From Botryllus schlosseri (taxonomy: Eukaryota): a DNA stretch of 64,000 nt. The notes under the pieces are model-generated. The model was given only the letters and a program-made list of their open reading frames with translations. It did no database searches and was not told the DNA's origin. The translations under genes and the position numbers were made by a program. The stretch spans positions 20,214,001-20,278,000 of the forward strand of contig CM119372.1 in the NCBI GenBank assembly GCA_051294905.1, in the 5' to 3' direction. Positions 13,519 to 25,871 of the stretch are shown in pieces. The number at the start of each line of letters is the position of its first letter. Positions within the stretch are counted from its first letter, which is position 1.

Positions 13519-14635
13519 CAGTGGTTCTCAGACTGGGGGGCGTGGAGAGAGAGAGAGAGAGAATCTTTATTCGTATATACATTACATATCAACAAAATGT
13601 GACAGTGAAATGCGACATGCAAGGTAGACGGGAGGCTCGATATGACAAAGTCTTCAGAGCCGAGCCACCCAGGACAGGAGCAATTTTCACAGTCGATAAC
13701 TAATGAATAAAAAATAAAATAAAATTAACGAACGAAAGGAAAAATAAGACACAGTATCATGGACCAGTTCGAATTACAACGCAAATACAATTTAGCGGTA
13801 GTTAGAGATAAGAGAATGAAAACATTGTTTTTATAAAGCACAAGAGTCTAAATTGCGCAGATTAGGTGGCAGCTTATTTCAAACATTGACACCAATAAAA
13901 CTGATTGAATTTTGTACTAGACTGGTAGAGTGGTGTTACACAGACAGAGACAAGTTAGAAGAAAATCTGGTATGATGTTGATGGGCATCTGAAGGTATCT
14001 TGAACAGATTATCACAATATAGCGGCAGTTCACCCTGATGATAGCTATGCATAAATTTCATTAGGCTACCTCAAATTTGAAAATGTCTTCCACTTTCAAT
14101 ATTCCAACGCTTCGATACATGCTATTACAATTTTCATATCTAGATTTCCGACAGAGAATTCGTATGGCTCGGTTTTGTAAGACTTGCAATTTCTGCAGAT
14201 GTTTTTTCGCAGCAGGTCCCCAAACTAGGATCCCATAAATGAGATAGCAATGAATTAAGGCATAGTAGACTGATCTGAGAGTTTGATGAGGAATTAAATT
14301 TTTAAGGCGATAGAGAGCCCCGACACCACGCGAGATTTTAGTTTTTATATTGTTGATATGATCAGACCATCCGAGTATATCATCAGTGATAATGCCAAGA
14401 TATTTAACAGTTTTATATGTATCAAGATGTGCATTATTTACTATAATTTCATTGCGATTCACTTGTGCATGAAACACGAGAGTTTTGGCCTAGGAGGCAT
14501 TGAGCTGAAGTTGGTTAGATGCCATCCATTTTGACACTGTCGATAGCTTAGTGTTAATGTCGTCATTATAAAGGGGGCGCGAAACTTTTCACTATCATAA
14601 TGGGAGGCCTGTTTAATAAAGTTTAAGAACTACTG
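13519..14635 (+). mobile_element. hAT-type MITE split by a LINE insertion
   Basis: TIR CAGTGGTTCTCAGACT/AGTTTAAGAACTACTG; degenerate TSD ATATATGA/CCATATGA. Confidence 0.7.
13544..14568 (-). pseudogene. 5'-truncated non-LTR retrotransposon (L2/CR1-like) with RT C-terminal region and 3' end
   Basis: Minus-strand translation ...KWMASNQLQLNAS*AKT...VKYLGIITDDILGWSDHI...YYALIHCYLIYGILVWG...LQVLQNRAIRI..., continuing with stops to ~13795; 3' end AATAAA followed by a (TC)n tail at 13544-13570. Confidence 0.85.
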
Positions 14636-16882
14636 CCATATGATTAAATAACAATATTGCCTTATGGCTAATAATCTTAATTTAATATAGTGCGGCCCGC
14701 GAATGGAGTTAGATGTGAAATCCGGCCCGCGAGCCCAAAAAGTTTGCCCACGCCTACCGTAGACACACAGGCAAATGTAAGTTTTTTTGGGTAGATTTAT
14801 CCAAACTGAAAATTTTATTCGAGCTTGGCGTGATTAACTTTTGCTGGATGTCTTGATCTGGTCTTGATTCTGTAGTGGGCAGTGTGAGCATCCCTAAAAT
14901 AAAATACGCATCATTTATAGAGATAGGCATTTCGGAACCCGTCATTACCGCGCTACGACGCACCAAGGCATATGACGTTTCCACCAACATGCGACTCTGC
15001 GAAGTATATGGTACCAAAAAGATCGGCGGTGAGAAAACCTCGGCCAGAAACGACTGCCTTATGTAGGCCGAAAACTTCGATATTTATGTGTCCAAATGTT
15101 CATTTATCCGTAGACAACAAAATGACCGGAGCCTTGGAATCTGAGCTACGGTGCAAATGCAGAAGGAAATGATGCGCCCTGCGAAGCAAAGCAATGGCAA
15201 TTAAGAATCGTGTGCAAGATGACGAAATATTTGTTTCTTTCTGTTTAGTCTTGGTACATTTGGAAAATCCCAATATCTTTTGACTACAGCAGACGGGAGG
15301 TCATATGTAGCAATAAAGTCATTAACGATATCTCTACCGGTAAATCTGTTGGATGAAAGAGGTCCAAAATACATAATAAAAAATGCAATAACCAATAATT
15401 TCGACTACGTTTTTTAGCGCTTCGCGCGAACAGGCCGCAAATCCTGAACTCACATAACATTGAAGCTCGCGATTAAGAGTAGCGGAACAAAGGCCCGTCG
15501 TATAAATGGGGGGGGGGGGGATCTGCAGAGTGGAGTCCCCAATATTTAGGTTTTGCTAATCATCTCATAGAGGTGCGCAAGGCCAACGTTTTGGCCGGGT
15601 GCCAAACGAAGTGCTGTTTGGGTCCTATGTTAGAGTGTCGCGTACTCATTGCTCAAATGTCTGACAAGACTATCGTAATGAACAGATAGGATGATGTCGA
15701 ATTAAGGACCATGTGCCCATGTGCGGTCATTCAATCAATTCAATATCGACCTTGATCCATGGATCATATCATCCATGACCGTGTTCATGGCCTCAATGCT
15801 CTTCGATGTTTCCTGGGTCTCTCATTAGCTTACTTTTGTGTGGTACACTTGTGCCATTCTGCTTCCCCTTTCTCTGGGCATTTCTCTTTATCGTTGTGCC
15901 AATATCGACACCGGTGATAGGTAGACCAGGTAAACAGCCAAAACTTTAAGAGATTCTTAAGCAATTACATGTCCTCTAGAGTCTAGACTGAATTTCATTT
16001 GTTTATTTATATAGCTTTATGGTATATAACTAATGTTCATGTTGCATCTTAATGCCTATATATGTCGGACCATATATTATGTTATTAAGCTGCAATGTAA
16101 TCAGTTCATGTCTGTCGGAGTTTATCAACAAAACGAAAAAATAGTTGCTTATTGTACGATTCTACCGATAGTAGCCTAAGCGACATGAAAACATTTTACT
16201 TATTACAAAATTCATCAGAGCTGATATCAAGCTCTGCTTCCCTTGGATATGCAGGCTCCTGCTCACTGTGCAGTTGACCACGCAAGCACAAGAACTATGG
16301 TGCGAACCAATGTTCCCTCTAATTTTTCACGAGTCTGCGCAAACACGCTAACTTACTGCGCAGGCCCTTGGATAACTGTGCGCAACCAGGCCCCACATAG
16401 GGCGATAAATCAAACTTCTGGGGGGTTTCGCTCCCCAGACCCCCTCGGTCTATGCGCTTTTTACCGCTGTTTATAATCTAAATTGGATGTCCGTTTAATG
16501 GGTGTGTTGCCCGAACGTGCGAAAAATTTCTATAATTCATGATTGAGTCGGTATATTGCTATCAATTTTTATGCTCGCTCTGCTCATGTAATCAGATTTA
16601 CCGGTTGAACAGATCGAATCAGGTGTGTTGGAAAAGGTAGGACTCCTAAATAATAATTAAACGTCTTCGGGCGTACCTAGTTTTGTCTTCCGTTTGTACA
16701 TGCTCCGACAACCAGTCCATGTTAAACGGATCGCACTTCTTTGTTAATTTGGCTTAGTGAGGGGATGAGCATGAGAAAGTACCCATTCGTTTTGTCTTCA
16801 TTAAAAGCGATCAGTATGAACAGCGACAAGCAGAATCAGCGAGTATTCACTCAACGTTGGCCACACAGGCAAGCAGCTAGCC

Positions 16883-17718
16883 TAGGGTTGCCATACGTCC
16901 GGAATTTCCCGGACATGTCCGGAATTTCGCTGTTAAAACTGCGTCCGCGAGGAACTTCTAAAATCTGTCTAAATGTCCGGAATTTTTTAGGCTTGAAGTA
17001 ATAACAGCTCATATTATTTTCGTAAATCAACACAATATTAACTTTGGGCAGATTTTTGAGCAAATTTTTCATCGCGCTGCGCGCGATTTAGTATCATATA
17101 TATTGGCTTTAATATGGGGTCTACTACCCTCGCAAAAAATTGCGATCAAAAATATATAAAAATAACATTAATTTACCAAAATAAGTCTAATTGTAATGGC
17201 AATTACAAGATAGCGGTATATTCATAGAGTCGGTTTACCCCGTTTGGAAGCTTTATTCAAAGATAGTGATTCTAAACCAGGGGTTATTTTGCCTATATAT
17301 TTTGGAGTTGCGAAGAAGCAGAACGTAATCACTAATCACCTTCAAAAATAGGCCGCGAGTAAGTTTGGGCAAATGTGCCGACCTTAAATTAGTAATCAAC
17401 TCATCAAATTTTGAGCTGGGCCACGGACCAGATGCATATAGTAAGCCCTGGAAGTTGCATCGATTACCCTACGGTGGGCCCAAGATCAGTGTTTATTTGG
17501 GCGGGAGGGGACTGAAAAAATGTGACTTCGGGGCTGGTTACAACTCATAACACACAACCACATACTCCTGAACCGGATCGTGACCTGGTGACCACCTTTA
17601 GTCGATAGACAAAGCTTTGCTGGGGTGACGTCATATTGATCGACAATGTGCTCATAGCTCATTTTGAAACCCGCTAGTGGGCGTCCGGAATTTGTCCCAC
17701 TAAAATATGGTAACCCTA
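16883..17718 (+). mobile_element. hAT-like non-autonomous element, TAGGGTTGCCATA family, copy 1
   Basis: TIR TAGGGTTGCCATA/TATGGTAACCCTA; TSD AGCTAGCC (16875-16882, 17719-17726); GTCCGGAA subterminal repeats. Confidence 0.92.
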
Positions 17719-18230
17719 AGCTAGCCAAACACTTCAGAGATGCCACTGGGATATTTCGGAAAAACCCAGATGTGGAGGCGAAATAAACCCAGAAAAACCA
17801 AGATCCTATATTTCACTCAAAAGACACGAGATAGCTGTGAAAGTGGAGCCTGATAGTCGCCGAATACACTCATACAGTCATTGAAGCCTTTGATATTGAA
17901 TTTACAACAGTTCATAATACACATTTTGCTTGTTTGACACTGCGAATCGCACAAAAAACGTTGTTTTCCTCTCGACACAAAGCGATGAAACAATTGGGGC
18001 GCAGCGTGAATACTTAATAGTGTACCGGTAGGTAATTATATCATCGCGCTGCGAAAGTTCAATGCAATGTCATCCATTCCCTATTTCTAAGGATGATTTC
18101 ATGTATTTTCAGCGACCTGAACAGATTCAAAGTAGCTTTCGATTGATTAATCCTACGAGAATCACTTTTATTTGGAATAATCACAGACTAATGTATAGTG
18201 GAAACAAATAACTGCCAAATCATGAAATTC

Positions 18231-18262
18231 AGGGTTAGGGTTAGGGACTTAGGGTTAGGGTT
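18231..18262 (+). repeat. Short interstitial TTAGGG run
   Basis: AGGGTTAGGGTTAGGGACTTAGGGTTAGGGTT. Confidence 0.8.
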
Positions 18263-18452
18263 CGAATGTGCTGATAACCAATGCCTCTGATTAACTTGCT
18301 AGGGGTGTCCAACTAACTAACCCTCCCTCTCTCTCTCTCTCGCTCTGAGTGTCCCTGTCGGAACTATAAATATACTCAGATAACAATAGGATTATATTAG
18401 TCGGATCATCACCTGGTCTGTTCATGTGCTTGTGCATGTCATACAGTTACAT

Positions 18453-20012
18453 CAGAGGTCTCAAACACGCGGCCCGCGACACCATTTTGTGCGGCCCGCG
18501 ACGGCATTTTGGAATTTCATGTATTCACCAATATATTCAAGTGCCGTATATCTTTTTTAGATATATAAACTTAAAGTTCACGTGCAGCTACTATAAAATA
18601 ACCCAAATCTCAACAAACTTCACTATCACATCACTTTTAAAAGCTACCATGCTGTGGAAGATCGACTATTACGTCTCATTTCTAGTTTATAATGATACAA
18701 CATGACCCGTTGATGATTCGTGACTGATAATTGTGATTTGGTTTGATGCGACCTTTTCGTTATTCGATTTTGGATTGACTGGGTGATTAAATTAAAATGA
18801 CTCGAGTTGAGTCGAGTCAAACGTCAAAATCAAAGAAGGACTTGCGACTCGGATCGGTGACTTGGTTGGTAAGCCTATGGACGCAAGAATCTGTGATACT
18901 GTCATGGGGAATAGTAATATATATAAAAAGGATGTAGCATGAATTGCGTGGGGTAGGCCTATATAGCTATCTAATCAGGTCAGTATGGCAGCCATTGGTA
19001 TTCTGTGACCCCTGTGACGTATAGTTGAATATATGCTATGTGTTGTTTGTTCTCTTTATCCATGTTATTATCGTTGGCGAGTAAGATAGTAGTACGCTCT
19101 ACAGCTGTAACACCAATGAATTCTTCGCCGATTGGACATTTCGATTCCATGGGTTCTTAACCAGGGTCCGTAGACTCCATCGGGGTACGAAGCACCACAT
19201 CAGGGTGTACGAGATGCATTGTGGAATTAGGCCTATATTCTGTGGAATATATTCTGGGCCAATTGATTCAGCTGGAAAATAGTCCCCGCGCTGCGCGCGA
19301 TTTCATGTGAATGGGCTTTCTGATTTTAATATAGGTACCATCAGAAACTGTGGTGTAAATGGACAGGGGCTACTAGAAATCTTATCGGAAGCACAAGGGG
19401 TACGATCGCTAAAAAGGTTAAGAAGCAATGCTATTACTATGGCTCAATAATTATTATATTTAGGTTGTTATTGGTTATTGATATATTCCAATATTAATCG
19501 AAGGCAAAATCGAACGCTGATTTAAGTTTGACTTTGGCAATGACAGTAACAACAGCCGATACTTATCATCGACTTTATCAAAACCAGGATTATGCTGCAC
19601 CGCTAAAATGCTCTGATATCAGATCAATCTTCAGTAGATTTTAAAATATTTTACATAGAATTGTGGCACGTTAAATGTCCACTAGCTGCAATATTATAGC
19701 CCGATAGTTTTACAATGTCATGAGGCATGCTCTCGTATGATGTCTATAACTCATTAATTAAAAAAATTATGCCCGACACAAAATCAATTTTATTGAAATA
19801 TTTGAAAATGTTTTTTTTTCGTGTCAAGAGTGAATAATGCAATAGCAAATTACATTGCCACGATGTTTGTGGAATGCCTGTCTGCAAGGTCCCGTCAAAT
19901 AAGGCCTACTTTGAAATTATACATTGAATATCCCTAAGATTGGTGCTGCGGCCCGCGGCGTCATCAAAAACTGGGAAATGGCCCGCGAGCACATTTGAGT
20001 TTGAGACCTCTG
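18453..20012 (+). mobile_element. hAT (Charlie/Buster-like) non-autonomous element nested in 17735-21362
   Basis: TIR CAGAGGTCTCAAAC/GTTTGAGACCTCTG; TSD AGTTACAT (18445-18452, 20013-20020); GGCCCGCG motifs. Confidence 0.93.
19148..19430 (+). mobile_element. Degenerate MITE nested in 18453-20012
   Basis: Imperfect TIR CATGGGTTCTTAACC/GGTTAAGAAGCAATG; no TSD recognised. Confidence 0.6.
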
Positions 20013-20274
20013 AGTTACATGATATTTATCGATACATGCCGAATTGTTCACCAAGTTCATCAAGTGCCGAGTTCGCTACTGGCAATCGTCCTATATGAAC
20101 ATGACTTTCTGCGATCTGGAAGTTACCATTGAATGAAGCGCCATCGCATCAAGCCGAAGACTCTAATTTTAGTAGTGAAATATAGATTATCAGCACTCTG
20201 TCGTTACAATAACAGCAAAATAAATTAACAATGGCGAACTGAAGCGCGTGCATTTTACGATATTGCGACCTTAC

Positions 20275-21205
20275 CAGGGATGGTGTGAACGTGAGGTTCA
20301 CGTTCGCGTTCTGTGTGTGAACCTCAGAAATTTAGAGGTTCACGTTCACATACGAACCTTGGTAGGTTCTGCACTGTGAACCTTGTCCACATATTACAAT
20401 TTTCGCGTCAATTTAGCATCTTTGGTTGACATTTACTGGATTTCAACTCCACGCATGGTGATGGCAGCCTAAAAAATCAACACTAAGCGAGCATGCACCT
20501 TGACAATCTTAAAAATTTTACTTGCTTTGTTACAAAAGTCTGCTCAAAATATCCCGCTTTTCGTTTATGAAGATTTAGTGATTCTCTGCTGTGAGCTTGA
20601 CCCGCAATCACGCAACATCAAGAGCGAAATACCCTACATGTAATCAGCGAATGATGCTTTTTCAACCAATCAATGTAATTGGTATAGTTGTATGATGTAA
20701 AAATTCTAGCAGGCGTACGGGGTTAATCTCGACTTTATATGTTTATTGTATCATGAAAACCAAATCCGTGCGATTGGGGTGTTGGCTACTGCCGTATAAC
20801 TTGTTAATGGGGTAATATCGGTAGCAAGTATAGAAACCCGTTTCACACTCTGCTCAATATCAACGTAGCAATACTCAGACGCCGAATACATTGTCCGGTC
20901 TGGCCTAGACCGTTAAGGCGTAATGGTATATTCCCTTGCAGGTCCTCGTCGAAATTGTTGGCAAAGCGACGGAAGATATTGATTTTATGGGATTATTATA
21001 TCAGTTGGTACATTTGACGACGTTTAGAACATCAATATGACCGTGCACATTAATATAGGCTATCACTTCCCTGACATGTAGGATTAGAATTAGCAATATG
21101 ACGTCACGTGACGTCATGAGGTTCACATTCACGTTCACACAGAACCTTTCAAAAAGGTTCACGTTCACACGAACCTGAACCTTTCAGAGGTTCACACCAT
21201 CCCTA
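20275..21205 (+). mobile_element. hAT-like non-autonomous element nested in 17735-21362
   Basis: TIR CAGGGATGGTGTGAAC/GTTCACACCATCCCTA; TSD GACCTTAC (20267-20274, 21206-21213); GTTCAC/GTGAAC subterminal repeats. Confidence 0.93.
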
Positions 21206-21390
21206 GACCTTACTAATGCAATAATTAATTTTTGAGCGTAAAACTGACCTGGCGAACTGGATGTTGAAAATAAAGCCAGATTTCAAGGATAAAAACCCAG
21301 AAACCCAGGTGATGCTAAAAAAAACCAGATCTGGGTGGAAAAACCCAGGAGTCGCATCTCTGAAACACTTGTAGCGAGTAGCTACTAGCG

Positions 21391-22515
21391 TAGGGTTGCC
21401 ATACGTCCGGAATTTCCCGGACGTGTCCGGAATTTCACTGTTCAAACTAGCGTCCGGGAGGAATTTCTAAAATATGCTAAATGTCCGGAATTTTGAAAAT
21501 TTGACGACGTAGGCTCATAATTTTTTCGTAAATCAACATAAAAACATTATTTTTGGGAATATTTATGTTGATGCATGATATTTTTCTTCGCGCTGCGCGC
21601 GATTTACCATCACATTTGTTGATTTTAGTATGAAGACTACCACACCCTCGCAAAAACTGCAATAAAATATCAATAAAAACAACCTTCATTTACTGGAATA
21701 AGCCTAATTGTAGTCGCAATTATGGGAGAACGGTATATTCCTAGAGATGGTTAAGGCCGTTTAAATGCTTTATTCAAAGATAGTGGTTCCAAACGTGGGG
21801 GTCGTTTGCCTTTATTCTGGGGTTCGCGAATATGTCTAACGTAATCAGCTTCCAATATAGCCCGTGAGTAAGTCCGGGCAAAGGTGCTAACTTCTTTTAG
21901 TAATCAGCTCGTTAAATTTTGATCTGGGCCACGGAGCATTTTCAAATTGGAGATGGAGTTGCGACCATAAAAGGTTGGAAACCACTGGATGTGGGGTGTT
22001 TATAAAGCTCCGTGGTGCGCACCGGTATAAGACTGATAAACGATCTTATCGGACTTAACGATGTACAATTACGCTCCCTGTATTTTCATCATCATCCTCC
22101 ACCACCAGCTCTACCGCTAACTCATGTGGGCGGAGAGTATAGTAACTATCTATAGTAATATATGGAACAAGCGAACAACCAATATTATTGACAGAATTCA
22201 TTCAAAAAATTTACCGACATGATGCACATAGAAACCAGATTCATATAGCAAGCCACCCCCCCTCAGAAGTTGCATCGATTATCCTATGGTGGGCTCAAAA
22301 TCATGGTTGATTTGGGCGGGAAAGGACTGAAAACATGTGCTTTCGGTCCCGGTTACACAACACACAGCCACATAGGCCTACTCCTGAACCGGATCGTGAC
22401 CACCTCTGGTCTATCAGCAAAGCTTTGCTAGTGTGACGTCATAGCTCATTTTTAAATCCGCTAGTGGGCGCTAAAGGGTGTCCGGAATATGTATCACAGA
22501 AATATGGTAACCCTA
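21391..22515 (+). mobile_element. hAT-like non-autonomous element, TAGGGTTGCCATA family, copy 2
   Basis: Same TIRs as 16883-17718; TSD TACTAGCG (21383-21390, 22516-22523). Confidence 0.92.
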
Positions 22516-22567
22516 TACTAGCGACACAAATGGACGCTTGTAACCGCGATCCGAAAATACTATAGAG

Positions 22568-23780
22568 CAGGGGTTCTCAACCCGCGGCCCGCAGACGATT
22601 ATTTTGCGGCCCGCGACATCTTTCAGTAGGAACGCAATTACAACTGGCACGGTGTTGTTATGGATGACCGATGTGTCACATGTGTCGAAGAACAGTTGTT
22701 ATAATGAAGCGTAGAACCTTAAAATGGTACCACGATAGTTTCTTCTCGAGTTGTACTGCCTGATCTGGGAGAAAACGTTGCTAGCTAGGTTTCAAGCCCA
22801 CCAATCCATGTTTCGAGGCATTGTTAAAATTGCCGAATACGTTACAGACGCATTGCTCATAATTGCTTGGTATATCGCTAAACCAAAGAATCTGTTAGAG
22901 AAGGTGTGACTTCAATAAAACTTTAACGTACTGTGCGAATATTCGCTGTTTCCGGAACTTTGCAGCAAGTCCAACATCACCTGACAAATTTCGAAGCTAA
23001 ATTGTCTGATTCAACAGTCACCAGAAGAGTAATAGCAAAGTCAGTCGATCTTTTATCGCATGTTCTGAAACACGTTTCCACGTAAACTACTTTAGCCTAG
23101 CATTGGACGAATCCACCGACTGCACACACGTGGCATAGCAAATTATCCAAGTGCGTTTTATCAGACTGGACATATTTCCAGAGGAAATGCAGACGGGCAA
23201 ACGTGGGGAGGGGACCAGTAAAAAAACATCAACTTTACAAAGCTGACTTCTGTAACTATTGGTGTAGGGCTCCAGCCATAGAAGGAAAGGAGAAGAGTTG
23301 ATTGGTTTGCTCAGAAATGTCCCCGAACGCCTGACTTCTTCTGCTATCACTGCGAGCTCAAAGGGCTATTGACTTCTGTTACGAAACAGTTACCGTAATT
23401 TTATACTTGCTCGCTCACGCATTGAAACAGAGAGTTCGGTTCTCTTGTGGAAGGGTGTGAAGCAGGGATATCTAGAACTAGGAGTTCTAGATATCCCTGG
23501 GTTGAAGGTGCAGACACCGACTTGGCAACGTATGCAATGTACGCTCCATGAAGGGATTTACTTGCGCCACTGGAAGTTAGATATTCTCACAAAAAACAGT
23601 AACTGCAATGTTTCATAATGCATAAAAATGTACTAAATGCCCGTATAAGACTGGTAAAGGGGCTATAGTAGCCTAAATTGAATAGTAGCCCGCAAATACA
23701 TGGTGATCATGTTCTGCGGCCCGCAGCCTCTTTCGCTGTTAAAATGTGGCCCGTTATACGAGGGAAGTTGAGAACCCCTG
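22568..23780 (+). mobile_element. hAT (Charlie/Buster-like) element with decayed transposase
   Basis: TIR CAGGGGTTCTCAAC/GTTGAGAACCCCTG; TSD CTATAGAG (22560-22567, 23781-23788); remnants KLSDSTVTRRV (~23000) and YFSLALDESTDCTHVA*QIIQVRFI (~23087). Confidence 0.92.
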
Positions 23781-24599
23781 CTATAGAGGGTGAATCGTAA
23801 TTTTGTGCGACCATCTGTGACGTCACAATGAATGGTGACATGTAGAATATTAGTTATATACGTAGCCTACACGAACGAGAACGCACTTCAAATCAATACA
23901 TGCGATCGATGTAGGCCTACCGCATTAAAACACTGATGTGACGTCTTAATACCGGCAATGCACTCATTACTGTCAAGACAAACAGCCATATATAATGATA
24001 CGAATATTCAAGTCTGGCTGAAGCAAGAACAATATTAGCGTATGACCTCATCGACAGAAGATTCCCGTTCAAACGAATCGAATAAAATCAAAATTTGTGC
24101 TGCTGAGAAGCTGATGTAATTGAAAGCCTTACAGTGCGCAGTTGAAGCATTTCTCGATCAACGTTTGCGAGGGGATGAATTTTTTAAACAATATTGGTGC
24201 TTGTACAATGTACATGCATGCATATTCTGCATATTATCCTATCTCACCATACGTGATCAGACTTGCCTGATGTCAGTAATGACTTCGAAAATTCACGTCA
24301 TGTAATTGTACAGTAAATCTTTTGAAATGTTCATGCCACGCAGAGAATACTATTCGTCAGTTTCTCGCAGATTAACTTCGAGCTAGCCCATTGTTATTTA
24401 TAACTTTGCTAAACCATGCGCCATTGACATGATACCAGTATCGCTCACGCGTACGACACCATATACTGAAAGGAAAATCTCATTCGTGAGGCGCCTGTCA
24501 TTGCAAATTATTATTTCTTCACAGAGGGCAATATTTACCTTTACGGGCCGCACTTACACCTTGGTTTCATACTTTAGCGATAACCCTATTTGCCCCTGG

Positions 24600-24778
24600 C
24601 AATGTTCCCTCTAATTTTTCACGGGTCTGCGCGCTTGCGCAGTCACTTGGAGAACAGTGCGCAGCGACTAAAAAAAGTCGTCACTTCAGATTTTTTGTGC
24701 GCAGCTTAGATTTTCTGTGCGCAGAGACCATTTCAGCGCTGCGCATTTGCGCACGTGCGTAGCTTAGAGGGAACACTG
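24600..24778 (+). mobile_element. MITE, CAATGTTCCCTCTAA family; forms the right end of the 16308-24778 segment
   Basis: TIR CAATGTTCCCTCTAA/TTAGAGGGAACACTG; TGCGCA repeats; its own left flank lacks the GTGCGAAC duplication. Confidence 0.9.
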
Positions 24779-25871
24779 GTGCGAACCCCTGAAAGTTTAT
24801 GGTTCTTGTGAACGCGAACCTTTTTGAAAGGTTCTGTGTGAACGCGAACGTGAACCTATGACGTCACGTGACGTCATATTGCTAATTCCATCCTTACATT
24901 TCAATATATTTATGTGCATGATAACTAGCAACGACTCAGGCCATAGGCCAGGCTGCTGAAGTACATGGTTTTAAACTTTTAAATGTCACCTAATGTATCA
25001 ATTGGAACAACCAAATGCTATAATAATTCCGTAAAATCAATATCTTCCGTCATTTTGCCAAGAATTTCTACGAGGACTCAGCTAGACCGGACTTATGACG
25101 GAAACACCCGGTTTTTATGATACAACAAGGATATCAAATCAAGATGGATCCCGTACGCCGGATAGATTTTTTACATTAGAAATCGATGCATTCTTTATAT
25201 CAATTTTGGTGATGTAAATAGCCTATAATTGATTGGTTGACCGCAATTCGCTGACTTCTTACATGATAGTGCCTGTTTCGTTCTTGCTATTGTGTGATTG
25301 CGGGCAAAGCTCACAGCACAGAGTCACTAATGATTCAATAACGGAAAGCTGAATATCCCGAGCAAACCTTCGGGCAAATAATTTTTGAAATTGGCAATTG
25401 CGTGCTCGTTTAGAGCTGAATTCCTTTTCATGCTGCCAGAGCCATGCGAATAGTGTTGCGAATTTCAAATGCAAAGAATTTGAACCATAGACTTTACAAT
25501 GATACGAAAACTGCTCACACAGCGAGCGAGTTAGTGTAATGGTGATGCGTCCGGCTTCTTAACCGGTAGGTTGCGGGCTCGATTCCTAGCCGGGTCAGAC
25601 CAAAGACTCGAAAACTGGTATCCGCAGCTATCCTGCTATGGGCGCATGGATAGCAAGGAGGAGAATAAAAACGGGTTGCAGACTAGGTGACCTTACGGTC
25701 GTATCGCATCTCCGTCTTCAAAGCATCTTGATGGAGCTGGAGAAAAAGAATGTCATATCTCTCTCTATCACATACACAGTGTTTGACCTACCAATGTTCG
25801 TCTGTGAACGCGAACCTCAAATTTCGGGGGTTCACACACGGAACGCGAATCTCACGTTCACATCATCCTTA
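24779..25871 (-). mobile_element. Second, inverted copy of the 20275-21205 family; its terminal bases lie at ~16296-16307
   Basis: Reverse-complement colinear with 20275-21205 (GTGAAC repeats, ATGACGTCACGTGACGTCAT palindrome); ends GTTCACATCATCCTTA. Confidence 0.85.
25522..25768 (+). mobile_element. tRNA-derived SINE
   Basis: A-box-like TAGTGTAATGG, B-box-like GGCTCGATTCC, followed by CGGGTCAGACCAAAGAC shared with the copy at 42772-42990 and a fragment near 12532. Confidence 0.7.

Larger units (their letters stand above)
12658..14756 (+). mobile_element. hAT (Charlie/Buster-like) non-autonomous element with nested MITE and LINE
   Basis: TIR TAGGGGTGGGCAAACT/AGTTTGCCCACGCCTA; GGCCCGCG subterminal motifs; no clear TSD. 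Confidence 0.75.
17735..21362 (+). mobile_element. hAT-like non-autonomous element (3.6 kb including nested insertions)
   Basis: TIR CAGAGATGCCACT/AGTCGCATCTCTG; TSD AAACACTT (17727-17734, 21363-21370); AAACCCAG subterminal repeats. Confidence 0.9.
16308..24778 (+). mobile_element. 8.47-kb composite segment bounded by CA(A/G)TGTTCCCTCTAA TIRs
   Basis: Left TIR CAATGTTCCCTCTAA at 16308, right TTAGAGGGAACACTG ending 24778; perfect flanking direct repeat GTGCGAAC (16300-16307, 24779-24786). Confidence 0.75.

Noticed and set aside
14754..15395. Cluster of 60-90 aa ORFs
   Set aside because: No motif or splice structure I can support.
25522..25595. tRNA gene
   Set aside because: Cloverleaf does not close and the B box is degenerate; treated as a SINE head, as is 42915-42990.
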